A stretch of DNA of 64,000 bases from Planctomycetota bacterium. Its GTDB lineage: Bacteria > Planctomycetota > B15-G4 > SIAN01. The first letter of the stretch is position 1, and each line of letters begins with the position of its first letter. The translations under genes and the position numbers were made by a program. The DNA lies in the NCBI GenBank assembly GCA_031409275.1, contig JANNXA010000055.1, forward strand, positions 352,001-416,000, given 5' to 3'. Positions 1 to 10,314 of this stretch are shown here, piece by piece. Below the pieces are notes generated by a model. The model saw only the letters and a list, made by a program, of their open reading frames with translations. It made no database searches and was not told the DNA's origin.

Positions 1-1620
1 CCGCTCGCCCAACCCAATGACGCCAACGGGGGTGACGGCGGCGAGGGCGAGCTTCGGAGCGCGCTCGAGACCGACTACGTCATCGAACTGGTGCGGACGG
101 TCGTCGAGCCGAGTGGCTGGGAGAACGATGGTTGGCGGCTGGAGAGCTTCGATGGCGGCGCTCTCGTCGTCGTGGCTCCCAACGACGTGCAGGCGAAGAT
201 CGGCGAGCTCCTCGCGACGCTCGAACGCGATCTGCTGCCGAGCGAACGGCTCGAAGTGCGCCTGCTTCCGGGCGGCAGCGCGGCGTTCTCCAGTTCGAGC
301 GGCCTGCTGGTCGACCGCGCCACGGCCGATCAGCGCCTCGCCGGCAAGGGCGCGCTCCACCTCGCGCGCGTCTCGCTGCGCGACCTGCAACCGGTCGGCG
401 GCAGCTTCGGCGAGACGCAGGAGTTCACTTCGCAGTTCGACCTCCAGATCGCCGAGAGCGCCGTGACGACGACTCCACGGCGATCGAGCTGGCTGCGCGG
501 GCTGCGACTCCTCGCGCGCGCCACCCGCGTCGACGCCGGCGCGCTGGTGCAACTGGTCGTCAGCGCGGCCGATCCGGTCGCACCCACCGATGCCACCGCC
601 TTCGACGCTGCGTCGACGATCGCGCTCGACTCATCGCTCGCGACGCGCAAGGCGATCGGTCGCCTCGACCAGCCGCACGTCGGATTCGTCTCCTTCGCGG
701 GCACCGTGCTGCTGCCCGAAGGCAAGGCGCTGTGGCTGCCCGTCTCGATCCACACGGCGTCGGGCGAGGTCGAATGCACGCTCGACCTGCGCTGCGAGCT
801 GGGCAGCAGCCGCCCTTGCGCGGTCATCGAGCCGATCGCCCGCAGCGAGGGCGAAGCGTTGCGGCTGTCTCTGCGACGCGCCCTGCCGAGCTCGCTCGGA
901 CGGGTGCAGCTCGGCCGCCTCGGCATCACCTGTTCCGGCCTTTCGGACGCCGACCCGCTCTTCAACCGGCGCTTCGCGGGCGACCAGGCCCCCATCGCGC
1001 GCTTCGGTGAGGCGATCTCCGCCGAGGGCGCGTGCGCCATGGCCAGCTCGATGGTCCAGGAGGTCCTCGACACCGATCCGTGGTGCCAGGTCGGGCTGCT
1101 CGGTTCCGGGCTGCGCACGCTGCTTCCGCCCGCCGCCAGCAACGTGGTGACGGCAGCGCTTGCGACCCTGACCGGCGGCGATGGCGGCGCCACGATCCGC
1201 GCGCGCGTACGCATCGGCGGTGAACTGCGCGGCGAGTTCGCCGTCCCCGCGATGGTCGACCAACCGCTCGCGCTGTGGACCGGCGTCAACACGCTGCTGG
1301 TGCAGGGCTGGGACGCCGACGTCGCCAGCAACGTCGCCGGCCCATCTCCGTTGACCCAATCGTTCCTGGATGGACTCGCGCTGCATCTGCTGCTCGAGCG
1401 TGGCGTCCGTGGCGAGCTGCACCTCAGCGTCAACGCGGCCGCGCAGCTCCTGACGGCACCCGCTGCGCTCGTCAGCGTCGGCGACGCGAGCGACCTGTCG
1501 GTCCATCAGGTGCGCGCCAGCGTGCTGGCGATCGATGAGCTGGTGTCGCTGCCGGCGCGTGGCGGCAGCGTGACGCTCGGCGGCGACGTCCAGCTCGAGC
1601 TCGAGGTGATCCCGAACTGA
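1..1620 (+). CDS. Secretin-like / type II-III secretion system-related envelope protein with an internally duplicated module (5' partial)
   Basis: Frame 1 is open from base 1. VIELVRTVVEPSGW...GALVVVAPNDVQAKIGELLATL resembles the planctomycete secretin N-domain. Two beta-rich segments (FDLQIAESA..P..GLRL and WDADVASNV..P..GLAL) resemble each other. Confidence 0.55.
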   Translation, partial: PLAQPNDANGGDGGEGELRSALETDYVIELVRTVVEPSGWENDGWRLESFDGGALVVVAPNDVQAKIGELLATLERDLLPSERLEVRLLPGGSAAFSSSSGLLVDRATADQRLAGKGALHLARVSLRDLQPVGGSFGETQEFTSQFDLQIAESAVTTTPRRSSWLRGLRLLARATRVDAGALVQLVVSAADPVAPTDATAFDAASTIALDSSLATRKAIGRLDQPHVGFVSFAGTVLLPEGKALWLPVSIHTASGEVECTLDLRCELGSSRPCAVIEPIARSEGEALRLSLRRALPSSLGRVQLGRLGITCSGLSDADPLFNRRFAGDQAPIARFGEAISAEGACAMASSMVQEVLDTDPWCQVGLLGSGLRTLLPPAASNVVTAALATLTGGDGGATIRARVRIGGELRGEFAVPAMVDQPLALWTGVNTLLVQGWDADVASNVAGPSPLTQSFLDGLALHLLLERGVRGELHLSVNAAAQLLTAPAALVSVGDASDLSVHQVRASVLAIDELVSLPARGGSVTLGGDVQLELEVIPN

Positions 1621-1731
1621 TCGGAACGGTCGGAACCACCCGCTTCCTTCGGCGGCGCAGTGCGGCGAGACTGCCGCGCTGCGCCGTCACCCGTTCGGGG
1701 TGGCGTGCGCGCACAAGAAGAGGAGTCGCGC

Positions 1732-2670
1732 ATGCGCTTTCGACGACTCGGCTGGAGCAGTTGCAAGGTCTCGACGGTCTCGCTCGGGAGCTGGCTCACC
1801 GTCGGCTGGACCATCGATCAGGCGACCACCAACGCCCTCGTGCGCACCGCCTTCGAAGGCGGCGTCAACTTCGTCGACACCGCCGACGTCTACGCACGCG
1901 GAGCCGCCGAGCTGGCGCTCGGTGAAGCGCTTGCACCGTTCAAGCGCTCCGACTACGTCCTGGCGACCAAGTGCTTCTGGCCGATGAGCGACGGCGTCAA
2001 CGACCGCGGCCTGTCGCGCAAGCACCTCTTCGAATCGGTGCATGCCTCGCTCCGACGGCTGCGGACCGACTACCTCGACTTGATGCAGTGCCACCGGTTC
2101 GATCCCGAGACCAGCGTCGACGAAGTGGTCGACGCGATGAGCGATCTGATCCGCGCCGGCAAGGTCCACTACTGGGGCGTGTCGGTGTGGAGCGGAGCGC
2201 AGATCGCGGACGCCGCGGCGCGCGCTGGCGCCCGCCACGGCTTCGCTCCGGTCACCAATCAGCCGCCCTACAACCTGCTCGAACGCGACATCGAGCAGGA
2301 GGTGATCCCGCGCAGCCGCGAGAACCGCGTATCGCAGATCGTCTTCAGTCCGCTGGCGCAGGGGCTGCTGACCGGCAAGTACGCCGGCGGCAAGCTGCCC
2401 GCTGATTCGCGCGCTGCGAACGACAAGAAGAACAGCTTCCTCAAGCCCAAGCTCACGGCCACCAACGTCGCCCGCGCGCAGAAGGTCGTCGACCTCGCGC
2501 GTGCCGCTGGCCTCTCGCCCGCCGCGGTCGCGCTGGCGTGGACGCTGCGCACACCCGACGTCGCTTCGGCGATCGTCGGCGCGTCGCGCCCCGAGCAGCT
2601 GAAGGAGAACCTCGCCGCCGCCGACCTCGACCTCCCGAGCGACCTCGTGAAGGCGCTCGACGCGGTGTAG
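1732..2670 (+). CDS. Aldo/keto reductase (Kv-beta-like subfamily)
   Basis: Motifs SLGSWLT, DTADVY, LATKCFW, GLSRKH, QPPYNL, SPLAQGLLTGKY. AGGAG RBS precedes ATG 1732. Confidence 0.93.
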   Translation: MRFRRLGWSSCKVSTVSLGSWLTVGWTIDQATTNALVRTAFEGGVNFVDTADVYARGAAELALGEALAPFKRSDYVLATKCFWPMSDGVNDRGLSRKHLFESVHASLRRLRTDYLDLMQCHRFDPETSVDEVVDAMSDLIRAGKVHYWGVSVWSGAQIADAAARAGARHGFAPVTNQPPYNLLERDIEQEVIPRSRENRVSQIVFSPLAQGLLTGKYAGGKLPADSRAANDKKNSFLKPKLTATNVARAQKVVDLARAAGLSPAAVALAWTLRTPDVASAIVGASRPEQLKENLAAADLDLPSDLVKALDAV

Positions 2671-2696
2671 GTCGTGGTCGCTACGATCGGATCGTG

Positions 2697-3311
2697 ATGA
2701 ACCTTCGCGCGCTGCTCCTGCTCGTTTCGCTGTTCGCCGCGGCCGGCTGCCACGGCTACTACCCGCGCTGGCACTACGCGCCGGCGCACGAGGTGCACGT
2801 GCTGCACCTGCAAAGCGACGGCGATCCGACGGCGGTCGTGAGCGCGCGCATCGTCGGCGTACTGCGACCCGAGGAGTCGCAACCGCGGCGACTCCATGCC
2901 CGCCTCGAAGTCGAGAATCGCAGCGCGGAAGCGATCGCGCTCGACCCGTCGCGCGCGCAGTTGCGCGCCTCCGGCGGCCTGCCGTTGATCCCTTCGGAAA
3001 GCGCGACTCTGAACGTGCCCGCGCACGAGGCGCGTCGCCTCGACCTCCACTTCGCCCTTCCCGACGAACCGTCGCTGCTCGACTCCGCGCTCGACGAGGT
3101 GGAGCTCGCCTGGCCGCTCGAGGTGGGTGGCCGCGTCGTCACCACGCGGGCGCTGTTCCATCGCGCCAGCGTCTGGTCGTTCGATGAACACTACGGCTAC
3201 TCCGGTTACGACCCGTTCTGGAGCGTGCGCGGCGATTACCCCTACGGCTCGCGCTTCGATCCGTGGTGCACCGGACCCGCGTGGTACGGCTACGGGTGGC
3301 GCATTCGATGA
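2697..3311 (+). CDS. Hypothetical lipoprotein with Ig-like domain and aromatic-rich C-terminal tail
   Basis: Signal peptide with lipobox AAGC. Its stop overlaps the addB start (ATGA). Alternative start GTG 2694. Confidence 0.7.
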   Translation: MNLRALLLLVSLFAAAGCHGYYPRWHYAPAHEVHVLHLQSDGDPTAVVSARIVGVLRPEESQPRRLHARLEVENRSAEAIALDPSRAQLRASGGLPLIPSESATLNVPAHEARRLDLHFALPDEPSLLDSALDEVELAWPLEVGGRVVTTRALFHRASVWSFDEHYGYSGYDPFWSVRGDYPYGSRFDPWCTGPAWYGYGWRIR

Positions 3312-6181
3312 CGCCGGCCGCGGCGCTCGCGGTCGAGCACGACCCCGACCCGCGCCGGCTCGAAACGCGCCTGCTCGATCAACTCTTCGCCGCGCACGAC
3401 GCCGCCCGCGCCCACACCTACGGTCTCGCCGACCTCGTGGTCGTGGCGCCGACACGACGCCTGCTCGACCGGCTGCAAGAACAGGCTCTCGAGCGGCGCG
3501 CGGCGCTGGCCGGCATCGAGTTCGTGCTGCACGACGGCCTGGCCGCGCGCTTCCTGCGTGACGCCCGCCATCCGGCGCCGCGCGCCTTGCCTCCCGCCTG
3601 GCTCGCCACGCTCTTCGCGCCGCGCCTGCGCGCGGACGGCTCAACCCTCGAGCGCTACCTGCTGGCGCAACCCGCCGCGCAACGCGGGCTGCTGGCCACG
3701 TTTCGTGACCTTCGCGACAGCGGTCTCGACGCCGCCGCGACCCGGTCCGTGGGAGCGCGCGCGAGCGAAACGGGCCGCGCGACGCTGGAGCTCTTCGGAC
3801 GCTTCGAGGAGCTGCTCGCCGAGCTTGCGCCGATCGGCTTCGGTGACGGCGCGGCGCTTCCACGCGCCGCGCTCGCCACGACGACCCCGTTCGCGGCGCA
3901 CCATTGGTTCCACTACGGCGCCTACGAGTTGATCGGCACCCATCGCGCGTTGCTCGCGCGCGCCGCACGCGAGCGACCGGGCACGCTGTTCGTGCCCACC
4001 GAGCCGGGAGATCGCGCCGCGCGCGCCCTGCTCGAAGCGTGCGGCGCGACCTCGAGCGCGCGCGCTGCGACTTCGCCTGGCTCGACCGCCCCCGCCGCGC
4101 GCATGGTGCAACGGAGCATCCGCAGCGCCGCGACGCCGACCGATGAAGTGCGAGCCGCCGTTCGTCAACTCCTGGCATGGCATCAGCGAGATGGCGTCCC
4201 GTTCCGCGAGATGGCGCTCCTGGTGCGCGCGCCCGATCCCTACGGCGCGCTGGTGGCCGCGGAAGCGGCGCTGCACGACCTGCCGCTGGCCGCGACACCG
4301 CGCGCGTCGCTTGCGCAGCGGCCGGCGGCGCGCGAGCTGACCTGGCTGCTCCACCATCTGGCCCATCCAGAAGATGTGCTGCGCGCACGCACCGCGCGGC
4401 GCCACTGGCACTCCGATTGGCCACCAGCGGAGAGCCTGGCGCTCGAACTGGCGCGCGACGACGGACTCGCTGCACGACTGGCGCGCCTCGCCGCGCTGCT
4501 GCCCTCCGACCCGGAGGTCGTCGCGACGCTCACCGCGCAGGCCGCGCTCGCGACGGAGCTTGGCGGCGTGAAGAGCTTCGCCGCGGTGCTCGATCGCACC
4601 GAGCAGGCGGGGTTGCTCGCGCTGGCCGCGCTGGAGGAGGCGAGCGCCGCGGCGCCCGCCGCGGGCGCCGTGCAGCTGCTGGAGCTGCACCAGGCGCGCG
4701 CGTTGCCGCTGCGGCGCGCGTTGCTCTTGGGCGCGAACGAGACGCTGCTGCCGCGCCGCGGTGAGGAGGACTTCTTCCTGCCTGACGCCGATCGACGACT
4801 GCTGTCGGCGGCGACGGGAGCACCGCTCGCGCTGCACGACGACGCGCTCGCCGACGAACGGGTCCTGCTCGACCGAGCGCTCGCCGGCGTCGAGGAGCAG
4901 CTCGTGGTCAGCTACGCGCGCAGCAACGGCGACCGCGAACTCGCCCCCTCCCCGTGGCTCGCCCATCTCGCTGGCGTCGCGCCGCGCAAGGAGGCGCTGT
5001 CGCGCCACCCGCTGCGCCTGCTCGTCGATCTGCACGATCAGGTCGGCCTGCTGACCGAAACGGAGACGAGGCTCTGCTGGCTTGCCCCCCACTCGCAGGT
5101 CGTGGTTCGCGATCCAGCGTGGATCGACCAGGATCCGTTGACGCGCGCGTTCCTGCGACTGCGCGCCACCGAGAGCTACACGCCGGATGCGCTCGACTGG
5201 GATGGCGTGGTCGGACCGCTGCAGCCGCGCGAGAGCTACACGCCGAGCGAACTCGAGCAGCTCGGACGGTGCCCGCTTCAGTACTTCTTCGCGCGCGAAC
5301 TGCGCGTGCTGCCACCGGACGACGAACGCACGAGCGGCGAGCTTCCCGCCGCGCTGAAGGGGAGCCTCTTCCATCGCGCGCTCGAGCAGCTCTACGCCGC
5401 GCGCTTCACGGCTCGACTCGGCACCGCCGAGACGAGCGAGTCGCAGCTGCGAGCGGAGTTGACCGCACGTCTCTCCGCGCTGCTTCACGAGCCCGATTTC
5501 GCCGGTCGCCTCTCCGCGACGCTCGCCCCATTGCGGCTGGCGACCTACAGCGCGACGCTCGCCGCGTTCGCGTTCCGTGACCTCGCACGGCTGCGCGAGC
5601 TGCGCATCGTCGACGGTGAGTTCGAACGCGCCGAGCAGCGGGTGGACGTCGGAGCGGACGACTGGCCGATCCTCCTGCGCATGCGCCTCGATCGCCTGCT
5701 CGTCGACGCGGATGGCGGAGAATGGGTCGGCGACTACAAGTCGGGCGGCAACCTGAAGAGCAAGGCGAGCGTGACGCAAGCGCTGCGCGGTCGCGAGCTG
5801 CAGTTGGCGCTCTACGGCATGTCGCGGCTCGCCCAAGGCAAGCCGCTCAAGGGGCTCGAGCTCTACTCGCTCGCCGCCGCCGAAGAGGACGACGAAGCCG
5901 ATGCGGCGGAGAGCTACTGGCTCGGAGCGGATCTCGAAAAGCTGCGCGCGGCGCTGCCCGACCTGCGCGACACGCTCGAACAGCTGATGGAACTGCGCGA
6001 CCACGGCCGCTTCGTGCTGGAGCCCGACAGCAGCGGCGACCACTCCGCCTGCGGTCGCTGCGCTTACCGCTTTGCGTGCCGCCACTCCCACGGCGCCACG
6101 CGTGCGCGCGCCGAGCTCGCGCCCGAGTTCGCCACGTATCAGGCACTCGCCCGCAAGGGCGCACGCAAGGCGACGCCATGA
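3308..6181 (+). CDS. addB: AddB/RexB-like helicase-nuclease subunit B (PD-(D/E)XK nuclease, Fe-S staple)
   Basis: C-terminal TPSELEQLGRCPLQYF, LDRL...DYKSG...QLALY and CGRCAYRFAC (4 Cys). Degenerate helicase N-terminus. Coupled to addA. Confidence 0.85.
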   Translation: MTPAAALAVEHDPDPRRLETRLLDQLFAAHDAARAHTYGLADLVVVAPTRRLLDRLQEQALERRAALAGIEFVLHDGLAARFLRDARHPAPRALPPAWLATLFAPRLRADGSTLERYLLAQPAAQRGLLATFRDLRDSGLDAAATRSVGARASETGRATLELFGRFEELLAELAPIGFGDGAALPRAALATTTPFAAHHWFHYGAYELIGTHRALLARAARERPGTLFVPTEPGDRAARALLEACGATSSARAATSPGSTAPAARMVQRSIRSAATPTDEVRAAVRQLLAWHQRDGVPFREMALLVRAPDPYGALVAAEAALHDLPLAATPRASLAQRPAARELTWLLHHLAHPEDVLRARTARRHWHSDWPPAESLALELARDDGLAARLARLAALLPSDPEVVATLTAQAALATELGGVKSFAAVLDRTEQAGLLALAALEEASAAAPAAGAVQLLELHQARALPLRRALLLGANETLLPRRGEEDFFLPDADRRLLSAATGAPLALHDDALADERVLLDRALAGVEEQLVVSYARSNGDRELAPSPWLAHLAGVAPRKEALSRHPLRLLVDLHDQVGLLTETETRLCWLAPHSQVVVRDPAWIDQDPLTRAFLRLRATESYTPDALDWDGVVGPLQPRESYTPSELEQLGRCPLQYFFARELRVLPPDDERTSGELPAALKGSLFHRALEQLYAARFTARLGTAETSESQLRAELTARLSALLHEPDFAGRLSATLAPLRLATYSATLAAFAFRDLARLRELRIVDGEFERAEQRVDVGADDWPILLRMRLDRLLVDADGGEWVGDYKSGGNLKSKASVTQALRGRELQLALYGMSRLAQGKPLKGLELYSLAAAEEDDEADAAESYWLGADLEKLRAALPDLRDTLEQLMELRDHGRFVLEPDSSGDHSACGRCAYRFACRHSHGATRARAELAPEFATYQALARKGARKATP

Positions 6182-9100
6182 GCGCCGACCTCCCGCCCGA
6201 TGCCGCGGCCCGCGAGGCGGCCGTGACCGACTTCGCGCACAACCTCTGCGTCGCGGCGGGCGCCGGCGCGGGCAAGACGAGCCTGCTGGTCGAACGGCTG
6301 CTCCACGCGCTGCTGGTGGTCGGCCTGCCGATGCAGCGACTGGCCGCGATCACCTTCACCGACAAGGCGGCCGCAGAGATGCGGGCGCGCCTCGCGCAAG
6401 CGTTGCAGGCCGCGATCGCGGCGCTCGAGCCCGGGGGAACGAGCAGCGACGCGGCCCGTCGCTGCGCACCAGCGGCCGACGTCGCTCGTCGCGTGCTCGA
6501 GCGAGCGGCGCGACTCGGCACGGTCGACGCGGCGACGATGCTGCGGCGCGCCCGCATCGCCGAAGAGGCCCCGGCCCGCGTCGCCACCATCCACTCCTTC
6601 GCCTTGGCGTTGCTGCACCGCCATCCAATCGAGGCGGGGGTCCCGGCCGGCGTCGCCATGGACCTCGGCGATGGCTGGCGACGCCACGTGCGCGCGCAGC
6701 TGCCGGCGGCGATCGCAGCCGCGCTGGCGGCGGAAACGAAAGCGACCGCGCTGCGCGGCGCGCTGGCGGAACTCGAAGTCGATCAGCTCGGCGCCCTCGT
6801 GACCGCGCTCGCGTGGCTGCCCGGCGCAGGCGCTCCCGTACCGGCGCGCACCATCGTCGCGCCGCTGCTGCTGCCGCTGTTGCCGGCACTCGCGACCGGA
6901 CGCGCCGCACTGCCGCCACCGACTCACACCACGCGCAAGCTCTACGAACAATGGGATCTGGTGCTCGATGCCCTGCACGCGCTCGATCGGTTGCCCGTCG
7001 ACGCGGCGCCCGCGAGTGTCGTGACGCCGGCGCTGCGAACCGCGCTCGCCAAGGAGATCTCCAAGGCGAAGGTCGTCAGCGCCGCGGTCGATGTCGACGC
7101 CTGTCGCGCGCTGCTCGCGAAGGCGTACGCCGGATTCGATCGGCTGCTGCAGGTCGATGACGCGGGGATCGAGCTCGTGTTGGCGGCGGCGCTGCCGATC
7201 GCGAAGGCGCTGAAGGATGACTTTTTGCGCGGCGGTCGCATCTCCGCCGATGGCACGCTGGCTCTGGCCGCGCAACTGCTCGCGCAACGACCCGCCGTGC
7301 GACGAGCCGAGGCGGCGACGATCGACCTGCTCTGCGTGGATGAGTTCCAGGACACCGACGCGCTCCAGTGCGAGCTCGTGCTTCGCCTCTGCGAGCTCGA
7401 GCCTGCCGCCGGCGCACCCGCCGGCGCACGCGGCGCGCTCGCGACCGGCCGCTTGTTCCTGGTGGGCGATCCGAAGCAGTCGATCTATCGCTTCCGCGGC
7501 GCCGACCTCGACATCTATCGCCAGACGATCGACCGCGTGCTGCGCGAAGGCGGCCGCGCGCTCTCGCTGTCGAACTGCTTCCGCAGCCCGCGCGCGCTCG
7601 TCGATCCGGTGAACCACTTCTTCGCCGCATGGAGCGACCCGACCAACGATGCCGAGCCGACCTTCGAGCCGTTGCACGCGGGGCGCGGCGACGAGCCAGG
7701 CCAGGTCGAGCTGTGGCAGGTCGTGCGCCCCGATCCGCGCAACGATGCGACCGCACGCGCCGAGGCCGAGGGGCGCGCGATCGCCGCCGACCTCGCCGCG
7801 CGCCGCGGCGATCTGCGCCGACTGCAGGACGTCGCCATCCTGTTGCGCGACCTCTCCGACCTCCATTGGTTCGCCGGGCCGCTGCGCGACCACGGCATTC
7901 CCTACGCCATCAGCGGCGGACGCACGTTCGCGCGCCGCAGCGAAGTCGGCGAACTCGCCTCGCTGCTGCTCGCCGCGGCTGATCCCGAGGACGAGGTCGC
8001 GGCGCTCGGCGCTCTGCGTTCGGGACTCGGCGGCCTCACCGACGCCGAGCTGCTGGCGACCAAGCGTTGGCGCGGAACGCTGTGCTGGCCGAAGCTCCTC
8101 GACCATCCGGTGCCGGCGGCACAGCGCGTCGCGCGCGTGCTGGCGACGCTGCACGAAGAGCTCGCGACGCGGCCGCTGCGCGCCGCGGTGACCCGCTTCG
8201 TCGACGGCTCGTGGCTGCTGCCCCTCGCCGCGCTGGCGCGCGACGGCGAACAGCGACTCGCCAATCTGCACAAGCTCGCCGAGCGTGTCATCGAACGCGC
8301 GGAGGAGCACCGGCTGCCGCTCGCCGAGGCGGTGCGCGAAGTGATCGGCGCCGACGACGAGATCGAGGGCGAAAGCGAGCGATCGCTGGCCGACGACGAG
8401 CTCGACGCCGTGCGCCTGCTCACGATCCACAAGGCGAAGGGGCTCGAGTTCGAGCATGTCTATGTCCCTGACCTCGGCCATCAACTGCGCTCCGGCCAGG
8501 CGCGGCCGTGGTCGGCATCGCTGGTGACGACGCCGCACGGCACGCAGCACGCGGTCTCCTTGCGGCCACTTCGACGCTGCAATTCGGCGCAGCTCCTGCG
8601 CGAGGCGCGCGACGAGGCGCATCGCCAGGCGGAGAACAAGCGCCTGCTCTATGTCGCGATGACGCGCGCGCGAACGCGGCTCGTGCTGGTGGCGGGGCCC
8701 GGCCCGGCCGCAGCACCGGCGAACACCTGGCTCGCGCCGCTGTTGCGCTCGTTGCCGGCGAACGTCGCGCCGCGCAGCGTCCCGATGCCGCCGCGCCCCG
8801 CGCCGACCCAACACGCGCAGCTCCTGCCGGTGGAGCAGATCGCCCGCGCGCGCCACGCCTTCGATTCGGCACGAGCCGCGGCGCAAGCCGTGTTGCCGAC
8901 CTTCGTCTCCCCCTCGCATCACGAGCCGCAACTCGAGAGCTCCGCCGCGACGCCTCGCGATGAGACGCTGGCCGCCGATCCCGAGGCGCTGTCGCTCGGC
9001 ACGTTGCTGCACGCGGCGCTGGCGCAAAGCGGCCCGCGCCGCGCGCCGACCGCGGCCGAGCTGGCGTTCGCGGCCGCCGCCCTGCCGATGCCGCCGATCG

Positions 9101-9447
9101 TGCGAGCGCGCATCGTCGCCGCTGCCAGCGCCCTGCTCAGCGCGCCGCCGGCGCGGCAACTCTTCGCGGAACTCGCTGCGGTCGAGACCGTCGCGGTCGA
9201 ACTGCCTTTGCTGCTGCGCCGCGGCGACCAGCGCTTTCGCGGGGCGGCCGATCTCGTCTTCATGGAGTCGGGTGCGCTGGTCGTCGCCGACTGGAAGAGC
9301 GATCGGAGCGACGACTTCGAGGCGCTCGCTTCGCGCTACCGGCCGCAACTCGAGGTCTACCGCGAGGCGCTCGCGGCCGCGCTGCAGCGACCGGTGCCAC
9401 GCGTCGAGCTGCTGCTGCTGCGCCACGGCCGTCGCCTGCCGTTGTAG
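6178..9447 (+). CDS. addA: AddA/RexA-like UvrD-family helicase-nuclease subunit A
   Basis: AGAGAGKT, ITFTDKAAAEM, DEFQDT, VGDPKQSIYRFRGA, TIHKAKGLEF, YVAMTRAR. C-terminal nuclease GAADL...DWKS...QLEVY. Confidence 0.92.
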   Translation: MSADLPPDAAAREAAVTDFAHNLCVAAGAGAGKTSLLVERLLHALLVVGLPMQRLAAITFTDKAAAEMRARLAQALQAAIAALEPGGTSSDAARRCAPAADVARRVLERAARLGTVDAATMLRRARIAEEAPARVATIHSFALALLHRHPIEAGVPAGVAMDLGDGWRRHVRAQLPAAIAAALAAETKATALRGALAELEVDQLGALVTALAWLPGAGAPVPARTIVAPLLLPLLPALATGRAALPPPTHTTRKLYEQWDLVLDALHALDRLPVDAAPASVVTPALRTALAKEISKAKVVSAAVDVDACRALLAKAYAGFDRLLQVDDAGIELVLAAALPIAKALKDDFLRGGRISADGTLALAAQLLAQRPAVRRAEAATIDLLCVDEFQDTDALQCELVLRLCELEPAAGAPAGARGALATGRLFLVGDPKQSIYRFRGADLDIYRQTIDRVLREGGRALSLSNCFRSPRALVDPVNHFFAAWSDPTNDAEPTFEPLHAGRGDEPGQVELWQVVRPDPRNDATARAEAEGRAIAADLAARRGDLRRLQDVAILLRDLSDLHWFAGPLRDHGIPYAISGGRTFARRSEVGELASLLLAAADPEDEVAALGALRSGLGGLTDAELLATKRWRGTLCWPKLLDHPVPAAQRVARVLATLHEELATRPLRAAVTRFVDGSWLLPLAALARDGEQRLANLHKLAERVIERAEEHRLPLAEAVREVIGADDEIEGESERSLADDELDAVRLLTIHKAKGLEFEHVYVPDLGHQLRSGQARPWSASLVTTPHGTQHAVSLRPLRRCNSAQLLREARDEAHRQAENKRLLYVAMTRARTRLVLVAGPGPAAAPANTWLAPLLRSLPANVAPRSVPMPPRPAPTQHAQLLPVEQIARARHAFDSARAAAQAVLPTFVSPSHHEPQLESSAATPRDETLAADPEALSLGTLLHAALAQSGPRRAPTAAELAFAAAALPMPPIVRARIVAAASALLSAPPARQLFAELAAVETVAVELPLLLRRGDQRFRGAADLVFMESGALVVADWKSDRSDDFEALASRYRPQLEVYREALAAALQRPVPRVELLLLRHGRRLPL

Positions 9448-9508
9448 ACCCCGGGGGAAAGTCGCGCCGCCGTTTCGGCCACGATGCCCCGCTACACTCC
9501 GCGGCCCC

Positions 9509-10306
9509 ATGAACAGCACTCCCTTTCAGCCCGGACTCGGCCGGTTCGAATGGCTCGGGCCGCCGCGCACGCGGCTGGCACTGCTGATCGTCGCGCCGCA
9601 TCCCGACGACGAAGTGATCGGTCCCGGCGGACGCGCCTGCTTGGAGGCGGCGGAAGGGGTCGGGGCGATCGTCGTCACCGACGGCGCCCGCGGCGCAGGT
9701 GGCCGCAGCGAGCCGGGACTCGCGGCGCGCCGTGAAGCGGAAGCGATCGCCGGATTGCGTGCCGTCAACGCCAGCTTCGCGTGGTTGCTGCGCCTGCCGA
9801 GCGCGACGCTGCAAGCCGCGCCGGGTGCGGCCGCCGCGGACGCCATCGCCGCCGCCATCGCCCACTTCGCGCCACGCGCCGTGGTCACCACCTCCCCTTA
9901 CGAACGCCATCCGACCCATCTCGCGACGACCCGTGCGACGCTGCTGGCCGCGCGCCGCTCGACGCCACCACCCCACGTCGAAGGCTTCCCCGTGTGGGAC
10001 CCGGTGCCCGGCCATGCCGGCGTACGCGAAGTCGACGTGAGTCGTGTGCTCGACGCCAAGCTCGCGGCCATTCGCTGCCACGCGAGCCAGTGCGCCGATC
10101 GGCCGTTCGCCGAAGCGTCGCGGGCTCAGATGGAACGCGACGGAACGCTCTCCGAACTCACCGGCAGCGGTGGTACTCGCTTCGTCGAGCGCTATCTCGA
10201 CCTCGACGAATTGGTGGCGCGCGACGCGCCGAGCCTGCGCGCCTGGTTGACCCGCCGCTTCGAGGCCGACCTCGACTTGCGCCTCGGCGCCGGTCGCACC
10301 GACTGA
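9509..10306 (+). CDS. PIG-L/LmbE-family deacetylase
   Basis: APHPDDE, TDG, RREAE, HPTH, AIRCHASQ motifs. Confidence 0.88.
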   Translation: MNSTPFQPGLGRFEWLGPPRTRLALLIVAPHPDDEVIGPGGRACLEAAEGVGAIVVTDGARGAGGRSEPGLAARREAEAIAGLRAVNASFAWLLRLPSATLQAAPGAAAADAIAAAIAHFAPRAVVTTSPYERHPTHLATTRATLLAARRSTPPPHVEGFPVWDPVPGHAGVREVDVSRVLDAKLAAIRCHASQCADRPFAEASRAQMERDGTLSELTGSGGTRFVERYLDLDELVARDAPSLRAWLTRRFEADLDLRLGAGRTD

Positions 10307-10314
10307 GGATCGCC

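Noticed and set aside
3308..9447. Helicase + nuclease pair as an anti-phage defence system
   Set aside because: Order, size, Fe-S cysteines and C-terminal nuclease motifs fit housekeeping AddAB; no defence-island context.
2268..9519. Very long antisense/alternative-frame ORFs (e.g. 2268-4475, 3641-6091, 6139-9519; also 44898-47513)
   Set aside because: Shadow ORFs typical of high-GC DNA: Arg/Ala-rich, no motifs, and overlapping well-supported genes.
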